DNA from: Nitrospirota bacterium
Lineage (GTDB): Bacteria; Nitrospirota; UBA9217
Assembly (NCBI GenBank): GCA_963663225.1
Contig: OY760142.1
Coordinates: 3,040,001 to 3,104,000 of the forward strand
Direction: 5' to 3'
Length of the DNA stretch: 64,000 nucleotides
Positions within the stretch are counted from its first letter, which is position 1. Every line of letters starts with the position of its first letter. The notes under the pieces were generated by a model. It was not told where the DNA came from and searched no databases. It saw only the letters and a list, made by a program, of their open reading frames with translations. Both the position numbers and the translations under genes were made by a program. Positions 10,437 through 19,899 of the stretch are shown piece by piece.

Positions 10437-12482
10437 CTATTTTACGAACAGCAGCAGCACCACAATGGTCACAAACGAATAAATAAGATAAATCTGGATG
10501 CGACCCTGCTGGAGCCTGCCGATCCTGCGGGATATCCAGAAGCTTGCGTCAACAACAGGCTGGTACAACCATCCCCAGAAACGGTCCCTCACTCTGAGGG
10601 TATAGTGCAACCGCTCAGGAAACGCGGGATGGGTCTGCGGCGGCAACTGACGAACCTGCTCCTTGATTGCAAAAATGAACCCGAATATTCTGCGCAACGG
10701 CATCGAAAACGAGGTTGCCGTATACTGCATCCGGCTTGTCAGTTTTTTAAATCCGCAGTCCCAGAGAGGCGCGCGGTGAATCGTCGCAGGGCGCGCATGA
10801 AGCAGAAAGTATACTGCGACCACCACCGTCAGAATACATAAAAATGCGATGGGAGCCGAGTACGAAGCCCGCTCATGAGCAATCGGCGTAAGCCACATCC
10901 AGCCGAGCCCCGAGGCGGACGAGGCAATCGCGCCGCCGACCAGATATTCCGCCAAAGGGTCCATCCAGGTAATCATGAACGATGGCAGAATGCCGAGCGC
11001 CAGGCAGCTTAATGCGGCAAGCGCCATGCCGATACGCATGGACCAGTCCGCTTCGTGAACAGGAGCGCGGTGGTGTCCGCGCTGATGCCCCAGGAATGTC
11101 ACACCGAACGCTTTCACAAAGCATGCCGCCGCAAGCGCGCTGGTAAGCGCCAGCAACGCCGCGCCCAACGGAATAAGCACATTTAAAAGCTGGCTGGGAA
11201 GACCGGGAGAAAGCAAAAACGCCTGGAACGTAAGCCATTCGGACACAAACCCGTTAAAAGGAGGAAGTGCTGATATGGAAATACAACCGATCAGGAAACA
11301 GGCGGCCGTCCACGGCATGCTGTGGATCAGCCCCCCCATTTCCTCCATATTCCGTTCATGGGTCGCGTGGAGAACGGCTCCGGCACCCATGAAAAGAAGC
11401 CCCTTGAACATCGCGTGGTTTAATGTGTGATAGAGTCCCGCGAGAAGCGCCAGCGCAGCCAGCAGAGGCATCGAAAATGAGGTGAAGATCATGGCAAGTC
11501 CGATGCCGATAAGAATGATGCCGATGTTTTCGACCGAATGATAAGCGAGAAGTCTTTTCAGATCGTGCTGCATCAGGGCATACAACACGCCCAGTACCGA
11601 AGAGACTAGTCCGAACAGCAGGACCAGGGCGCCCCACCACCAGGGAAAATCACCGATCAAATCAAACGTGACACGGACAATGCCGTAAATGGCTGTTTTC
11701 AGCATAACGCCGCTCATAAGAGCTGATACGTTCGAAGGGGCGACCGGATGAGCTTCGGGCAACCAGACATGCAGAGGAATAATGCCTGCCTTGGCGCCAA
11801 AGCCGAAGAACGCAAGCAAAAACGCCAGTGCCGCGAACCCGGCGGGCAACTCCGCCTCGCGCATGGCATCGAAGGTATAGCTGACGAAACCGGTAAATCC
11901 CGTGGCGAGTCCCGCCATGACGCCGAACGACAACAGTATGGCGATTGCGCCCACGTGGGCCACGACGAGGTAGAGAAATGCGGCCCGTCTGTTTTCCACG
12001 CGCTCATCTTCAAAAAGCACCAAAAAATAAGAGGCTGCAGCCATCAATTCCCAGGAAATAAGGAAGAACAGAGCATCGTCTGCAAGCACTACCAAAAGCA
12101 TGCCGGCAAGGAACAGAATATAAAAGAATACAAGACGGGTGACCGAACGCTGGCCGAGGAAACCTTTGACGTAGCCGATGGAATAGATCGAAACGAACGT
12201 GGCAAGCAACCCTATAACCACCGAAAAAAAGCCGGAGAGCAAATCAAGCCGCAAATGAAATGGAAGGTCGGGAAGGCCGAGCAGAAGAATCGCCCTGCTA
12301 GGAACGGCGCCTGCCGCTGCCCATGCCCCTGCTGCCGCTGCCAGAAAAGACGCTAGCGCGGTACAGGAAAAACAGACGGTGATCAGCCGTCGCTGGTTCC
12401 GGCGCAGCAGGAGTGTCAGAACGAGCGCGAGCAGCAGCAACACGAAAGACACGGACATGATGAGAAGCGGTGAAAACAACAC
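10437..12482 (-). CDS. Ehr antiporter-like membrane subunit (HyfB-like)
   Basis: SWELM, KAGIIPLHVWLPEAHPVAPS, KRLLAYHSVEN and WDCG motifs. Start moved to GTG at 12482, 7 nt after a GAGGT SD. Confidence 0.9.
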   Translation of the reverse strand: MLFSPLLIMSVSFVLLLLALVLTLLLRRNQRRLITVCFSCTALASFLAAAAGAWAAAGAVPSRAILLLGLPDLPFHLRLDLLSGFFSVVIGLLATFVSIYSIGYVKGFLGQRSVTRLVFFYILFLAGMLLVVLADDALFFLISWELMAAASYFLVLFEDERVENRRAAFLYLVVAHVGAIAILLSFGVMAGLATGFTGFVSYTFDAMREAELPAGFAALAFLLAFFGFGAKAGIIPLHVWLPEAHPVAPSNVSALMSGVMLKTAIYGIVRVTFDLIGDFPWWWGALVLLFGLVSSVLGVLYALMQHDLKRLLAYHSVENIGIILIGIGLAMIFTSFSMPLLAALALLAGLYHTLNHAMFKGLLFMGAGAVLHATHERNMEEMGGLIHSMPWTAACFLIGCISISALPPFNGFVSEWLTFQAFLLSPGLPSQLLNVLIPLGAALLALTSALAAACFVKAFGVTFLGHQRGHHRAPVHEADWSMRIGMALAALSCLALGILPSFMITWMDPLAEYLVGGAIASSASGLGWMWLTPIAHERASYSAPIAFLCILTVVVAVYFLLHARPATIHRAPLWDCGFKKLTSRMQYTATSFSMPLRRIFGFIFAIKEQVRQLPPQTHPAFPERLHYTLRVRDRFWGWLYQPVVDASFWISRRIGRLQQGRIQIYLIYSFVTIVVLLLFVK

Positions 12483-12799
12483 GATTTTTACCTCATTCGA
12501 CACGTCATGCAAAAAGCAGCCGGTTTTTGGACAATTGCAAAGGACGCTCCCTGTTCCCGCGGCCAGCGCTGCGTACAACATCCTGCAGCGTTATCTGAGC
12601 CTACAGAGGTGAGCAACATTTGCGCTGAATTATTATATGGTCGAAAGTGCAGATGCAGTGGTGATGGTATAAGAATTTTTCTGCGGGGATGTTCGGAAGA
12701 GGCTACGGGCAAACAAGACTGCACAAAGGCAGACATGCCAAGACATTCGGTGTACATTAAAAAATCCCGTTCATTAAAAGATCAATCGTTGCTGCAAAC

Positions 12800-12820
12800 T
12801 CAACCGTAACGTACGGTTGA
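12800..12820. promoter_or_regulatory. Palindromic operator candidate for the ehr operon
   Basis: Perfect inverted repeat TCAACCGTA-ACG-TACGGTTGA covering the predicted transcription start. Confidence 0.6.
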
Positions 12821-12823
12821 TGA

Positions 12824-12851
12824 AGTATAAACGTTTCGTTTTTTTTGTCAA
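12824..12851 (-). promoter_or_regulatory. Putative sigma70 promoter of the ehr operon
   Basis: TTGACA-N16-TATACT on the minus strand. Confidence 0.7.
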
Positions 12852-12895
12852 GGAAAAACTCCCCTGCAAGAGCATCCGAGGCAAAAAATACCACA

Positions 12896-15800
12896 TTATT
12901 CGCAAAATAACACTTTTTCAAAAATACTTCTGACAGCAGAACTGTTGTGTTCGTAATCACTGAGAAGCTTGTGGCCTGCCGACACCTCGTCAGTCTTGTA
13001 TCCCATGCGCAAAGCAAGCGAATGCAGCGCCCCGGGGTCCCTGGAGAGTTCACTGGTGGCTTGATTTGCAACAATCCTCATCCTGCTTTCGAGAGTCCGT
13101 ATAAAAAGGTACGCCGTCATCAGGCTCTGATAATCGTTCTGCTCCAGGAGTTTCTCTCGTTCCAGAGCCCTGAGGGCATTGTATGTTCCGGGAACGGTGA
13201 TGCGCGGATGGTGTTTCCCGTGAAGAAGTTGCAGATATTGCACAAGAAACTCTATATCCACAAGTCCTCCGCCCCCCTGCTTGATGTTATAGTGCGTTTG
13301 CTTTTCAGTTCCCAATTCCTGTTTCATCCGCTTGCGCATATCAATGATGTCCTGCGCCAGCGATCGTTTGTCAAAATCCTTGTAAATGAGACCGTGGAGT
13401 AATGTATAAAAATCCGACCCCACGGCACGATCTCCCGCAATAAACCTGGCCCGCACTAATGCCTGCCGTTCCCAGGTGGCCGCCTGGGTTTCGTAATAAT
13501 TTATGAACGCATCGATGCTTTGCACCAAAGGACCTTTGGTTCCCGTGGGACGGAGGCGCGTATCAACGCGGAAAACAAACCCTTCGCGGGTAAGCGTCGA
13601 CAGGTATGCGATGGTTTTTTCTGCCACTTTGTTGAAAAATTCAGGCAGGGTCAATTCCGCGGTAGAAGAAGCGGCACATGACCCGGAAGATACGAAGAGA
13701 ATATCAACATCCGACCCATAGGTTAACTCCCTGCCGCCCAGTTTTCCGACACCGATAACCGCGAGGCCTGCCACACCGTTTGTTATGCCGTATCGCCTGC
13801 CGGTTTCATCGGCCGCCAGTCTCAGCGCGGCTTCGATGCACACTTCGGCCAGTTTCGACAGATCGCGCGATACGGTTGTGATCCGGATATGATAGAGAAG
13901 ATCGGCAACGCCGATCCGTATTTCAGACTGATGTTTGAACCGTCTGAGAGCGTCAAGCTTCTGAGTAATATCGGATGCGACGGACAGAGCATCCTGCAGG
14001 CTTCTCGCAAACAAAGCGTACGTACCCGCCGCCGAGGTCATCCGGGCGTCTATAAGGTTCTGCAGGAACTCCGGCCTGCCGACAATCATCCTCGAAAAAT
14101 ATTCGCTGTTGGCGAAAATTGCCACAAAAATCTTCATCGCTGAGATATCGAGCGTCACGAACGACTGGATCGTTTCCCAGGAACCCTGGGTCGCCAGAAA
14201 AGATTCCAGGTGGTTCAGGGCCATGTCAGGGTCCGGAGAGGTGATGATTTCATGAAACAGGGGCGGAAATATGACCGCGAAGAGTTTTCTGCTTCTCGGC
14301 GTCTGATGAACGAACGCCGGGCCCTCCTGAAGGAGCCGCAGGTTTCGATGCGCCTTCACCGGATTACGAAAGCCGAGGCGGGCAAGCAGCGCAACTGATT
14401 CCTGTTCCGGCGTTTCCGGGTCCAGGAGGACGGCCATGTCTTGAGACGATTCTTCGGCAGCATCCTCGTCGCTCGTGAAAGCGAACAGCTGGTCATAAAT
14501 GCTTCGGACGTTTTTCGTATGCTCCGCATAGTCCCGCAGCAACGACTCGGCTTCCCCTGCCGGCATACGGTATCCCATGCGGCGTGCAAGCGTTCGCAGA
14601 TCGTGTTCGTCCGCAGGCAGCGTCTGCGTCTGGAGATCATCGAGCATCTGCAAACGGTGTTCAACGGTGCGGAGAAAAACATAGGCCCGGGAGAGATCGT
14701 CGTGCTCCTGATACGTAATCAGGCCTTTTTGAGAAAGCATATGAAGCGCTTTGAGCGCGCTCTTTTCGCGAAGCGTTCGGTCTCGGCCCGCATAAATCAG
14801 TTGAAGCGCCTGGATCACGAATTCAATTTCGCGAATTCCACCGTAGCCAAGCTTCACGTCCCGGTGCGTCTTCCCTTTCAACTTCACGTCGTCATTGATT
14901 TTCTGCTTCATGTCCCGGATTTCGGATATGGCGTTGTAGTCCAGATATTTTCTGTACACAAACGGCGTGATTCTCGTCAGAAACTCCGCGCCGACAACAG
15001 CATCGCCCGCCGCAGGCCTCGCCTTGATGAGCGCAGACCGTTCCCAGGTCTGCCCCCAGGATTCATAGTAAATTTCATACCCGCCAAGACTCTGCGCCAG
15101 GGGACCTCTCTGTCCTTCAGGCCGGAGTCGCAGATCGACGCGGAACACAAAACCATCGGCCGTTTTTTCATTAATCGCGGCGCTGATCTTTTCGGCAAGT
15201 TTGATGAAGTATTGATGATTCGTGATCCTGTTCTGGGAGGCGCCATCTCCGGAAAGCACTCCTTCCGTCTCCCCGTCTCTGGCATAGACGTACATGAGGT
15301 CCACATCGGAACTGAAATTCAACTCCATGCCGCCCAGTTTTCCCATGGCGATTACGGCAAATCCGGCCTCCCTGCACTTGCCGTCGACAGCCTCCATCAT
15401 CGGTCTTCCATATTTTTTTCTGAGCCCTTCGTCCGCCCTCATCCAGGCCATCTGCAGGCAGACGTCCGCGAGGTTCGACAGTTCGCTGACGACATCCTGG
15501 AGATCAGCCCTGCCGAGCAGATCGCGGAGCGCAATCCGCAGCATTTCCTGCTTGCGAAAAACACGAAGGATCCGGTAGTATCCTGTGTCATCAGAGCAGC
15601 CCTGCAGCATGGCTGTAAGGCGGTCCATTAATGCGGGTTTGTCAGGAGGCCGGGACAGGAATTCAGTGGGGGAAATGAGCGGCAAAATGGCGTCCGCGGA
15701 CGTGATAAGGAAGGTCGAAAGAAACCGGCTCGCGCCGAAGGTGGTAATAAGACGGAGAAGCAGGAGCCTTTGTGCTCGGCAAGCCGATGCGAAGGATTTG

Positions 15801-16027
15801 ACATCAGTGAGAGCGCCTGCAAAACGCTCAAAGTTATTCAGCGCCATGTCGGGATCGGCGGACAGCTTCAGATCGTTAAGGATGTGCGGCAGCAGCTCAG
15901 CAAAAGCCTCGCCGCCGAACGTTTTTCCAAGAAGGTCAAGGTTTTTGAGGGCACCTTGAGCGTCTTCTATCCCGATGGACTTCAGGTGTTCCTGGGTCAT
16001 TTGCGCGCTCTGTTTGTCAAATGTCAT
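12896..16027 (-). CDS. glnE: Bifunctional glutamine synthetase adenylyltransferase/deadenylase
   Basis: Two nucleotidyltransferase domains (MGKLGGMELNFSSDVDL, VGKLGGRELTYGSDVDI); RVDLRLRP and WER motifs in both halves. Start placed at ATG 16027. Confidence 0.95.
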   Translation of the reverse strand: MTFDKQSAQMTQEHLKSIGIEDAQGALKNLDLLGKTFGGEAFAELLPHILNDLKLSADPDMALNNFERFAGALTDVKSFASACRAQRLLLLRLITTFGASRFLSTFLITSADAILPLISPTEFLSRPPDKPALMDRLTAMLQGCSDDTGYYRILRVFRKQEMLRIALRDLLGRADLQDVVSELSNLADVCLQMAWMRADEGLRKKYGRPMMEAVDGKCREAGFAVIAMGKLGGMELNFSSDVDLMYVYARDGETEGVLSGDGASQNRITNHQYFIKLAEKISAAINEKTADGFVFRVDLRLRPEGQRGPLAQSLGGYEIYYESWGQTWERSALIKARPAAGDAVVGAEFLTRITPFVYRKYLDYNAISEIRDMKQKINDDVKLKGKTHRDVKLGYGGIREIEFVIQALQLIYAGRDRTLREKSALKALHMLSQKGLITYQEHDDLSRAYVFLRTVEHRLQMLDDLQTQTLPADEHDLRTLARRMGYRMPAGEAESLLRDYAEHTKNVRSIYDQLFAFTSDEDAAEESSQDMAVLLDPETPEQESVALLARLGFRNPVKAHRNLRLLQEGPAFVHQTPRSRKLFAVIFPPLFHEIITSPDPDMALNHLESFLATQGSWETIQSFVTLDISAMKIFVAIFANSEYFSRMIVGRPEFLQNLIDARMTSAAGTYALFARSLQDALSVASDITQKLDALRRFKHQSEIRIGVADLLYHIRITTVSRDLSKLAEVCIEAALRLAADETGRRYGITNGVAGLAVIGVGKLGGRELTYGSDVDILFVSSGSCAASSTAELTLPEFFNKVAEKTIAYLSTLTREGFVFRVDTRLRPTGTKGPLVQSIDAFINYYETQAATWERQALVRARFIAGDRAVGSDFYTLLHGLIYKDFDKRSLAQDIIDMRKRMKQELGTEKQTHYNIKQGGGGLVDIEFLVQYLQLLHGKHHPRITVPGTYNALRALEREKLLEQNDYQSLMTAYLFIRTLESRMRIVANQATSELSRDPGALHSLALRMGYKTDEVSAGHKLLSDYEHNSSAVRSIFEKVLFCE

Positions 16028-16063
16028 TTTTTGTATTATACTGGCAAGTAAGAAGAGATACAA
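16014..16063. promoter_or_regulatory. Overlapping divergent sigma70 promoters (glnE and thioesterase-rnr)
   Basis: Plus strand TTGTCA(16014)-N17-TATACT(16037-16042); minus strand TTGTAT(16063)-N17-TATAAT(16040-16035). Confidence 0.65.
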
Positions 16064-16065
16064 GT

Positions 16066-16464
16066 ATGAAAGAACTGCGCGACAATCAACGCTGCTTTGT
16101 GTGCGGCAAAAAAAACCCGATAGGTCTTTCCGTAAACTTTACAATCAATCCGGGGTCGCAATCCTTGCAGGCGACATTTATCCCCACGGACAACCATCAG
16201 GGATATGAGGGCATTGTTCACGGCGGAATCTTGTCCGCGCTGCTCGACGAGGCAATGGCAAAGCTCGCCTTCAGCCTTGTCTTCCCGGTCATGACCGCTG
16301 AAATCAACGTTAAATTCAAGTCGCCCGCAATAGTCGGGGAAGAACTGTTCATCACCGGCAAGCTGACCCGGGAAAACAAACGATTGATTCTCGCAGAAGC
16401 GGCCATTACGCGGGGGCCTATCATAATTGCGGAAGCAACGGGGAAATTGCTCAGAATACATTGA
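16066..16464 (+). CDS. PaaI family hotdog thioesterase
   Basis: CFVCG..NP.GL and HQGY.GIVHGGILSALLDE motifs. Confidence 0.9.
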   Translation: MKELRDNQRCFVCGKKNPIGLSVNFTINPGSQSLQATFIPTDNHQGYEGIVHGGILSALLDEAMAKLAFSLVFPVMTAEINVKFKSPAIVGEELFITGKLTRENKRLILAEAAITRGPIIIAEATGKLLRIH

Positions 16465-16479
16465 GCGGCGGAAAAATCC

Positions 16480-18624
16480 ATGAAATACACCCACAAACAA
16501 ATCATCGAGAGAATAAAATCCAAAACCGGCAAACCCATGTTGGTGCGTGAACTGATGCGCCAGCTTAAACTTACGTCCGACGACCGGCGGGAACTGAAGC
16601 ACGCGTTAAACGAACTTGTGCTGAGCGGCGATATCGTTAAAACACGCGGAAACCGCTACGGCCTTCCGGACAAAATGGACCTTGAAACCGGCATATTCCA
16701 GGCCCACCCCCAGGGTTACGGGTTCGTCATCCCCGAGAAAAAAGGCAAACAGGACATTTACATTTCGAGCCGTGGCCGCCTTGATGCCATGGACGGCGAC
16801 AAAGTTGTGGTCCGTGTCTCGCCGCTTGCCGGCAGAAAAAAAATCCTCGGCAAGCGCGAAGGCATGATTATCCGCATCCTCGAGCGAGCGCACACCCGGG
16901 TTGTTGGAACGTTCGAACTGCCGGAGCAACGTACCAGCGCGTATGGTTTCGTGACTTCCCACGATCCAAAAATATCGCAGGACCTGATTGTCAGCAGCGA
17001 AAATGCAAATAACGCAAAATCAGGCGATATCGTCTCCGCCGAGATCATTACCTATCCCCTGCGCGGCAGACCGCCGGAAGGGAAAATCACCAGAATCATC
17101 GGCAGGTCCGGAGATCCGGGCATTGATTCAGAGCTGATCATTGAACAGTATGAACTTCCCGTCCAGTTTTCCCCCGCCGTCCTGAAAGAAGCAGACAGCA
17201 TTCCGCAGCAGGTGACCGCTGCCATGATAAAACAGAGGCGGGATCTGCGGGAACTGCAAACGGTCACCATTGACGGTGAAAAAGCGCGCGATTTCGATGA
17301 CGCAATCTCGATCGAAAAAATCAAAACAGAGTACCGACTGTGGGTCCATATCGCGGACGTGGCCCATTATGTCAAGGAAGGCACCGGCCTCGACGAAGAA
17401 GCATACCAGCGCGGCACGAGCGTGTATCTGCCGGACCGGGCCATTCCGATGCTGCCGGTCGCGCTCTCGAACGGCATCTGCAGTTTGAACCCAAATGTGG
17501 ACCGTCTCACCCTCACCTGCCAGATGGATATTTCTCCCACCGGCGAGGTCGGAAAATATGACATCTATGAAAGCGTCATCACCAGCAACGAACGCATGAC
17601 CTATACCGACGTGAGCGAAATTCTTGAAAATCTAAACCCGGATCTGCGCAAACGATACCACGCACTTATCCCGGCATTCGAGCTTATGAATGAACTTATG
17701 GAGATCATGCGCGCGAAGCGCTCAAAACGCGGAAGCATCGATTTCGATCTGCCCGAACCGGAAATTGTGCTCGATCTGCAGGGACGCATTACCGACATCA
17801 TCAGGTCCGAACGGAACATGGCCCACCAGATCGTCGAGGAATTCATGCTCGCCGCAAACGAGACCGTTGCCCGGCACATCGAGGATAAGGAAGCGCCCTT
17901 TATCTACCGGATCCACGAAGAACCCGCAGAGGACAAACTGGCTGATCTTGCGGAGTTTCTCGCCACACTCGGCATGACACTGCCCCAGACAAAAAAAATC
18001 CGGCCTCTGCACCTGCAAAAAGCACTGGCAAAAGCCAAAGATACCCCTGAAGAAACGTTGATTAATACGGTCTTGCTCCGCACTATGAAGCAGGCTCGCT
18101 ACTCTGAAGAAAACGTGGGTCACTTCGGCCTCGCCGCGGAAACATATACGCACTTCACCTCCCCCATACGACGCTATCCTGATCTCATCGTCCACCGGAT
18201 ATTGAAGGCGGACATGCGGGGCAAACTGAAAGACAGCACCTATACGGAAAAGCTTGCAGAGACGCTGCCGGATGCGGCCATACACTGCTCTGGCCGGGAA
18301 CGCACAGCCATGGAAGCCGAGCGGGATGTGGTAACCATGCTGAAGCTCCGCTTTATGGAAGACAAACTGGGTGAAGTGTATGATGGAATCATTACCGGCG
18401 TGACACAATTTGGGTTTTTTGTTCAGTTAAATGGATTATTCGTCGAAGGGCTGGTCCATGTATCGATGCTTACAGATGACTACTACCACTACATTGAGAA
18501 GCTCCACTGCCTGCGGGGAGAGCGTCGCAAGCGTACGTACCGCATCGGGGATGCCGTCACCGTCCGAGTCGATCGTGTGGATACGGTGAAAAAGAGAATC
18601 GATTTTTCGTTGTATAAGAAATGA
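16480..18624 (+). CDS. rnr: Ribonuclease R
   Basis: N-terminal HTH and CSD region; TIDG..ARDFDDA, HFTSPIRRYPDL; C-terminal S1 domain. Confidence 0.96.
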   Translation: MKYTHKQIIERIKSKTGKPMLVRELMRQLKLTSDDRRELKHALNELVLSGDIVKTRGNRYGLPDKMDLETGIFQAHPQGYGFVIPEKKGKQDIYISSRGRLDAMDGDKVVVRVSPLAGRKKILGKREGMIIRILERAHTRVVGTFELPEQRTSAYGFVTSHDPKISQDLIVSSENANNAKSGDIVSAEIITYPLRGRPPEGKITRIIGRSGDPGIDSELIIEQYELPVQFSPAVLKEADSIPQQVTAAMIKQRRDLRELQTVTIDGEKARDFDDAISIEKIKTEYRLWVHIADVAHYVKEGTGLDEEAYQRGTSVYLPDRAIPMLPVALSNGICSLNPNVDRLTLTCQMDISPTGEVGKYDIYESVITSNERMTYTDVSEILENLNPDLRKRYHALIPAFELMNELMEIMRAKRSKRGSIDFDLPEPEIVLDLQGRITDIIRSERNMAHQIVEEFMLAANETVARHIEDKEAPFIYRIHEEPAEDKLADLAEFLATLGMTLPQTKKIRPLHLQKALAKAKDTPEETLINTVLLRTMKQARYSEENVGHFGLAAETYTHFTSPIRRYPDLIVHRILKADMRGKLKDSTYTEKLAETLPDAAIHCSGRERTAMEAERDVVTMLKLRFMEDKLGEVYDGIITGVTQFGFFVQLNGLFVEGLVHVSMLTDDYYHYIEKLHCLRGERRKRTYRIGDAVTVRVDRVDTVKKRIDFSLYKK

Positions 18625-18879
18625 GAGTTGCCTCACCTTTTCTTGCTGCAACCACAACTACCATCCCTTTCTGAGCAAAATAAATTTTGACATCGAACAG
18701 CTACTTTCCTAAATATGCTGCGCATATCAATATTATATTCAAGTATTAATATTTTTCGTTTTATGCTATATTTTTAGAAATACAAACTTCTTCCTGGACT
18801 GTGCAATGGCGTGCTACTCTCTAAAAGTGTAAGGTTCAACTCGAATTCAATAGCCATTATCCTAAAGAGGGATACCAAG

Positions 18880-19362
18880 ATGCGAGTAATTGCGAATATG
18901 ACTATATTTTTGTTTTTGATTGTTTTCTCGTCCTCTTGTTGGCCAAATGATACTTATATAGTTGCTGCCACAGGTAAAAAACTTGAAGTAAAAGCTTCAG
19001 TTGTTCCTAAATTTCTAGCATTTATTGAAGACAAAAGCAAAATCGAAGGACAGATAACGATAATAAATTTAACATCTTCACCTCAAAAATATAGCAATAA
19101 GTTTCTAATATTAAAAGTAAACGGTAGCTTAGATTCTAGAACTTACAAAAATGTAATTTATTCGGATTTCATTGACTTTGGACTTGTTGAAATCAAACCT
19201 CAATCTTCACTCTCGCTTCCTGCCTATTGGGTCTTCAAGGCATCTACAAACGCAAAAGTTGATTCAGTTCAGCTGTTTCTCGATGAAGAAGGAGTCGAAA
19301 AGCAAAAGGTGTCGATTGCGGCAACAGATAAACTATTACGCCAATATAAAGATGCTAAATAA
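18880..19362 (+). CDS. Hypothetical exported protein, AT-rich (probable integron cassette gene)
   Basis: 160-aa ORF with signal peptide and AGAGGG SD; visibly more AT-rich than its flanks; followed by an attC-like site. Confidence 0.65.
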   Translation: MRVIANMTIFLFLIVFSSSCWPNDTYIVAATGKKLEVKASVVPKFLAFIEDKSKIEGQITIINLTSSPQKYSNKFLILKVNGSLDSRTYKNVIYSDFIDFGLVEIKPQSSLSLPAYWVFKASTNAKVDSVQLFLDEEGVEKQKVSIAATDKLLRQYKDAK

Positions 19363-19382
19363 TATCACCTGAAGTAAAACAA

Positions 19383-19438
19383 TACTAACAAATCGTTCCA
19401 CGCCGACCGCTTCGTAGCGTGTGAACTCGTTGTTATTC
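19383..19438 (+). mobile_element. attC-like integron cassette recombination site
   Basis: CTAAC-AAATC-GTTCCAC...CGC-TTCG...GTGAAC-TCGTT-GTTATTC: R''/R' AAC/GTT cores and L''/L' boxes with one extra base in L''; 56 bp long, 20 bp after the stop codon. Confidence 0.65.
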
Positions 19439-19530
19439 ATCTGAAACTTTCAACCAGTATTCTACATGCTGTTGACAATTCGTTCTGTGCAGTTAAGTAG
19501 GTGTAACAGTCAAAAAACAAGAAAGGGAAT

Positions 19531-19872
19531 TTAGGAATCCTTGTTACTCTCCATCACCGCCATCTGATCTTTGATGGCTTCATGCCATTCATCTCGACGT
19601 TGAATAACGATCCTAAACTGTTCATCATCGTCAAGCGTGACGATAAGCACGTTGGGAATGATGAAAAATGTTTTAGCTGTATTGATTTCCTTAATCTGCT
19701 TCAGTGGAACAGACTTCTCCTGCTGCCGCGAGGCCCCCAAGACGAATCCTACAAAAACCAGCCGCAAATTGGTGAGATACAGCGCTCCGGTCAAACCAAC
19801 GTCGTCAATATGCAGAGTAGCCTCACCTTTTTTTAGAATTTTTTCATTTTCTTTGAGAGAAAAGCGATACAT
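19531..19872 (-). CDS. Small PH/GRAM-like domain protein
   Basis: E.IL..G.A and GALYLTNLRLVF PH-fold pattern; GGGAGGGG SD. Confidence 0.7.
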   Translation of the reverse strand: MYRFSLKENEKILKKGEATLHIDDVGLTGALYLTNLRLVFVGFVLGASRQQEKSVPLKQIKEINTAKTFFIIPNVLIVTLDDDEQFRIVIQRRDEWHEAIKDQMAVMESNKDS

Positions 19873-19899
19873 ACCCCTCCCTATTCACTCTATGATTCA

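Noticed and set aside
12483-12799. Known riboswitch (c-di-GMP, guanidine etc.) in the ehr leader
   Set aside because: A GGGCAAAC-like word occurs only on the wrong strand, and no full aptamer consensus could be matched by eye.
14441-15631. 396-aa plus-strand ORF
   Set aside because: Antisense shadow of glnE.
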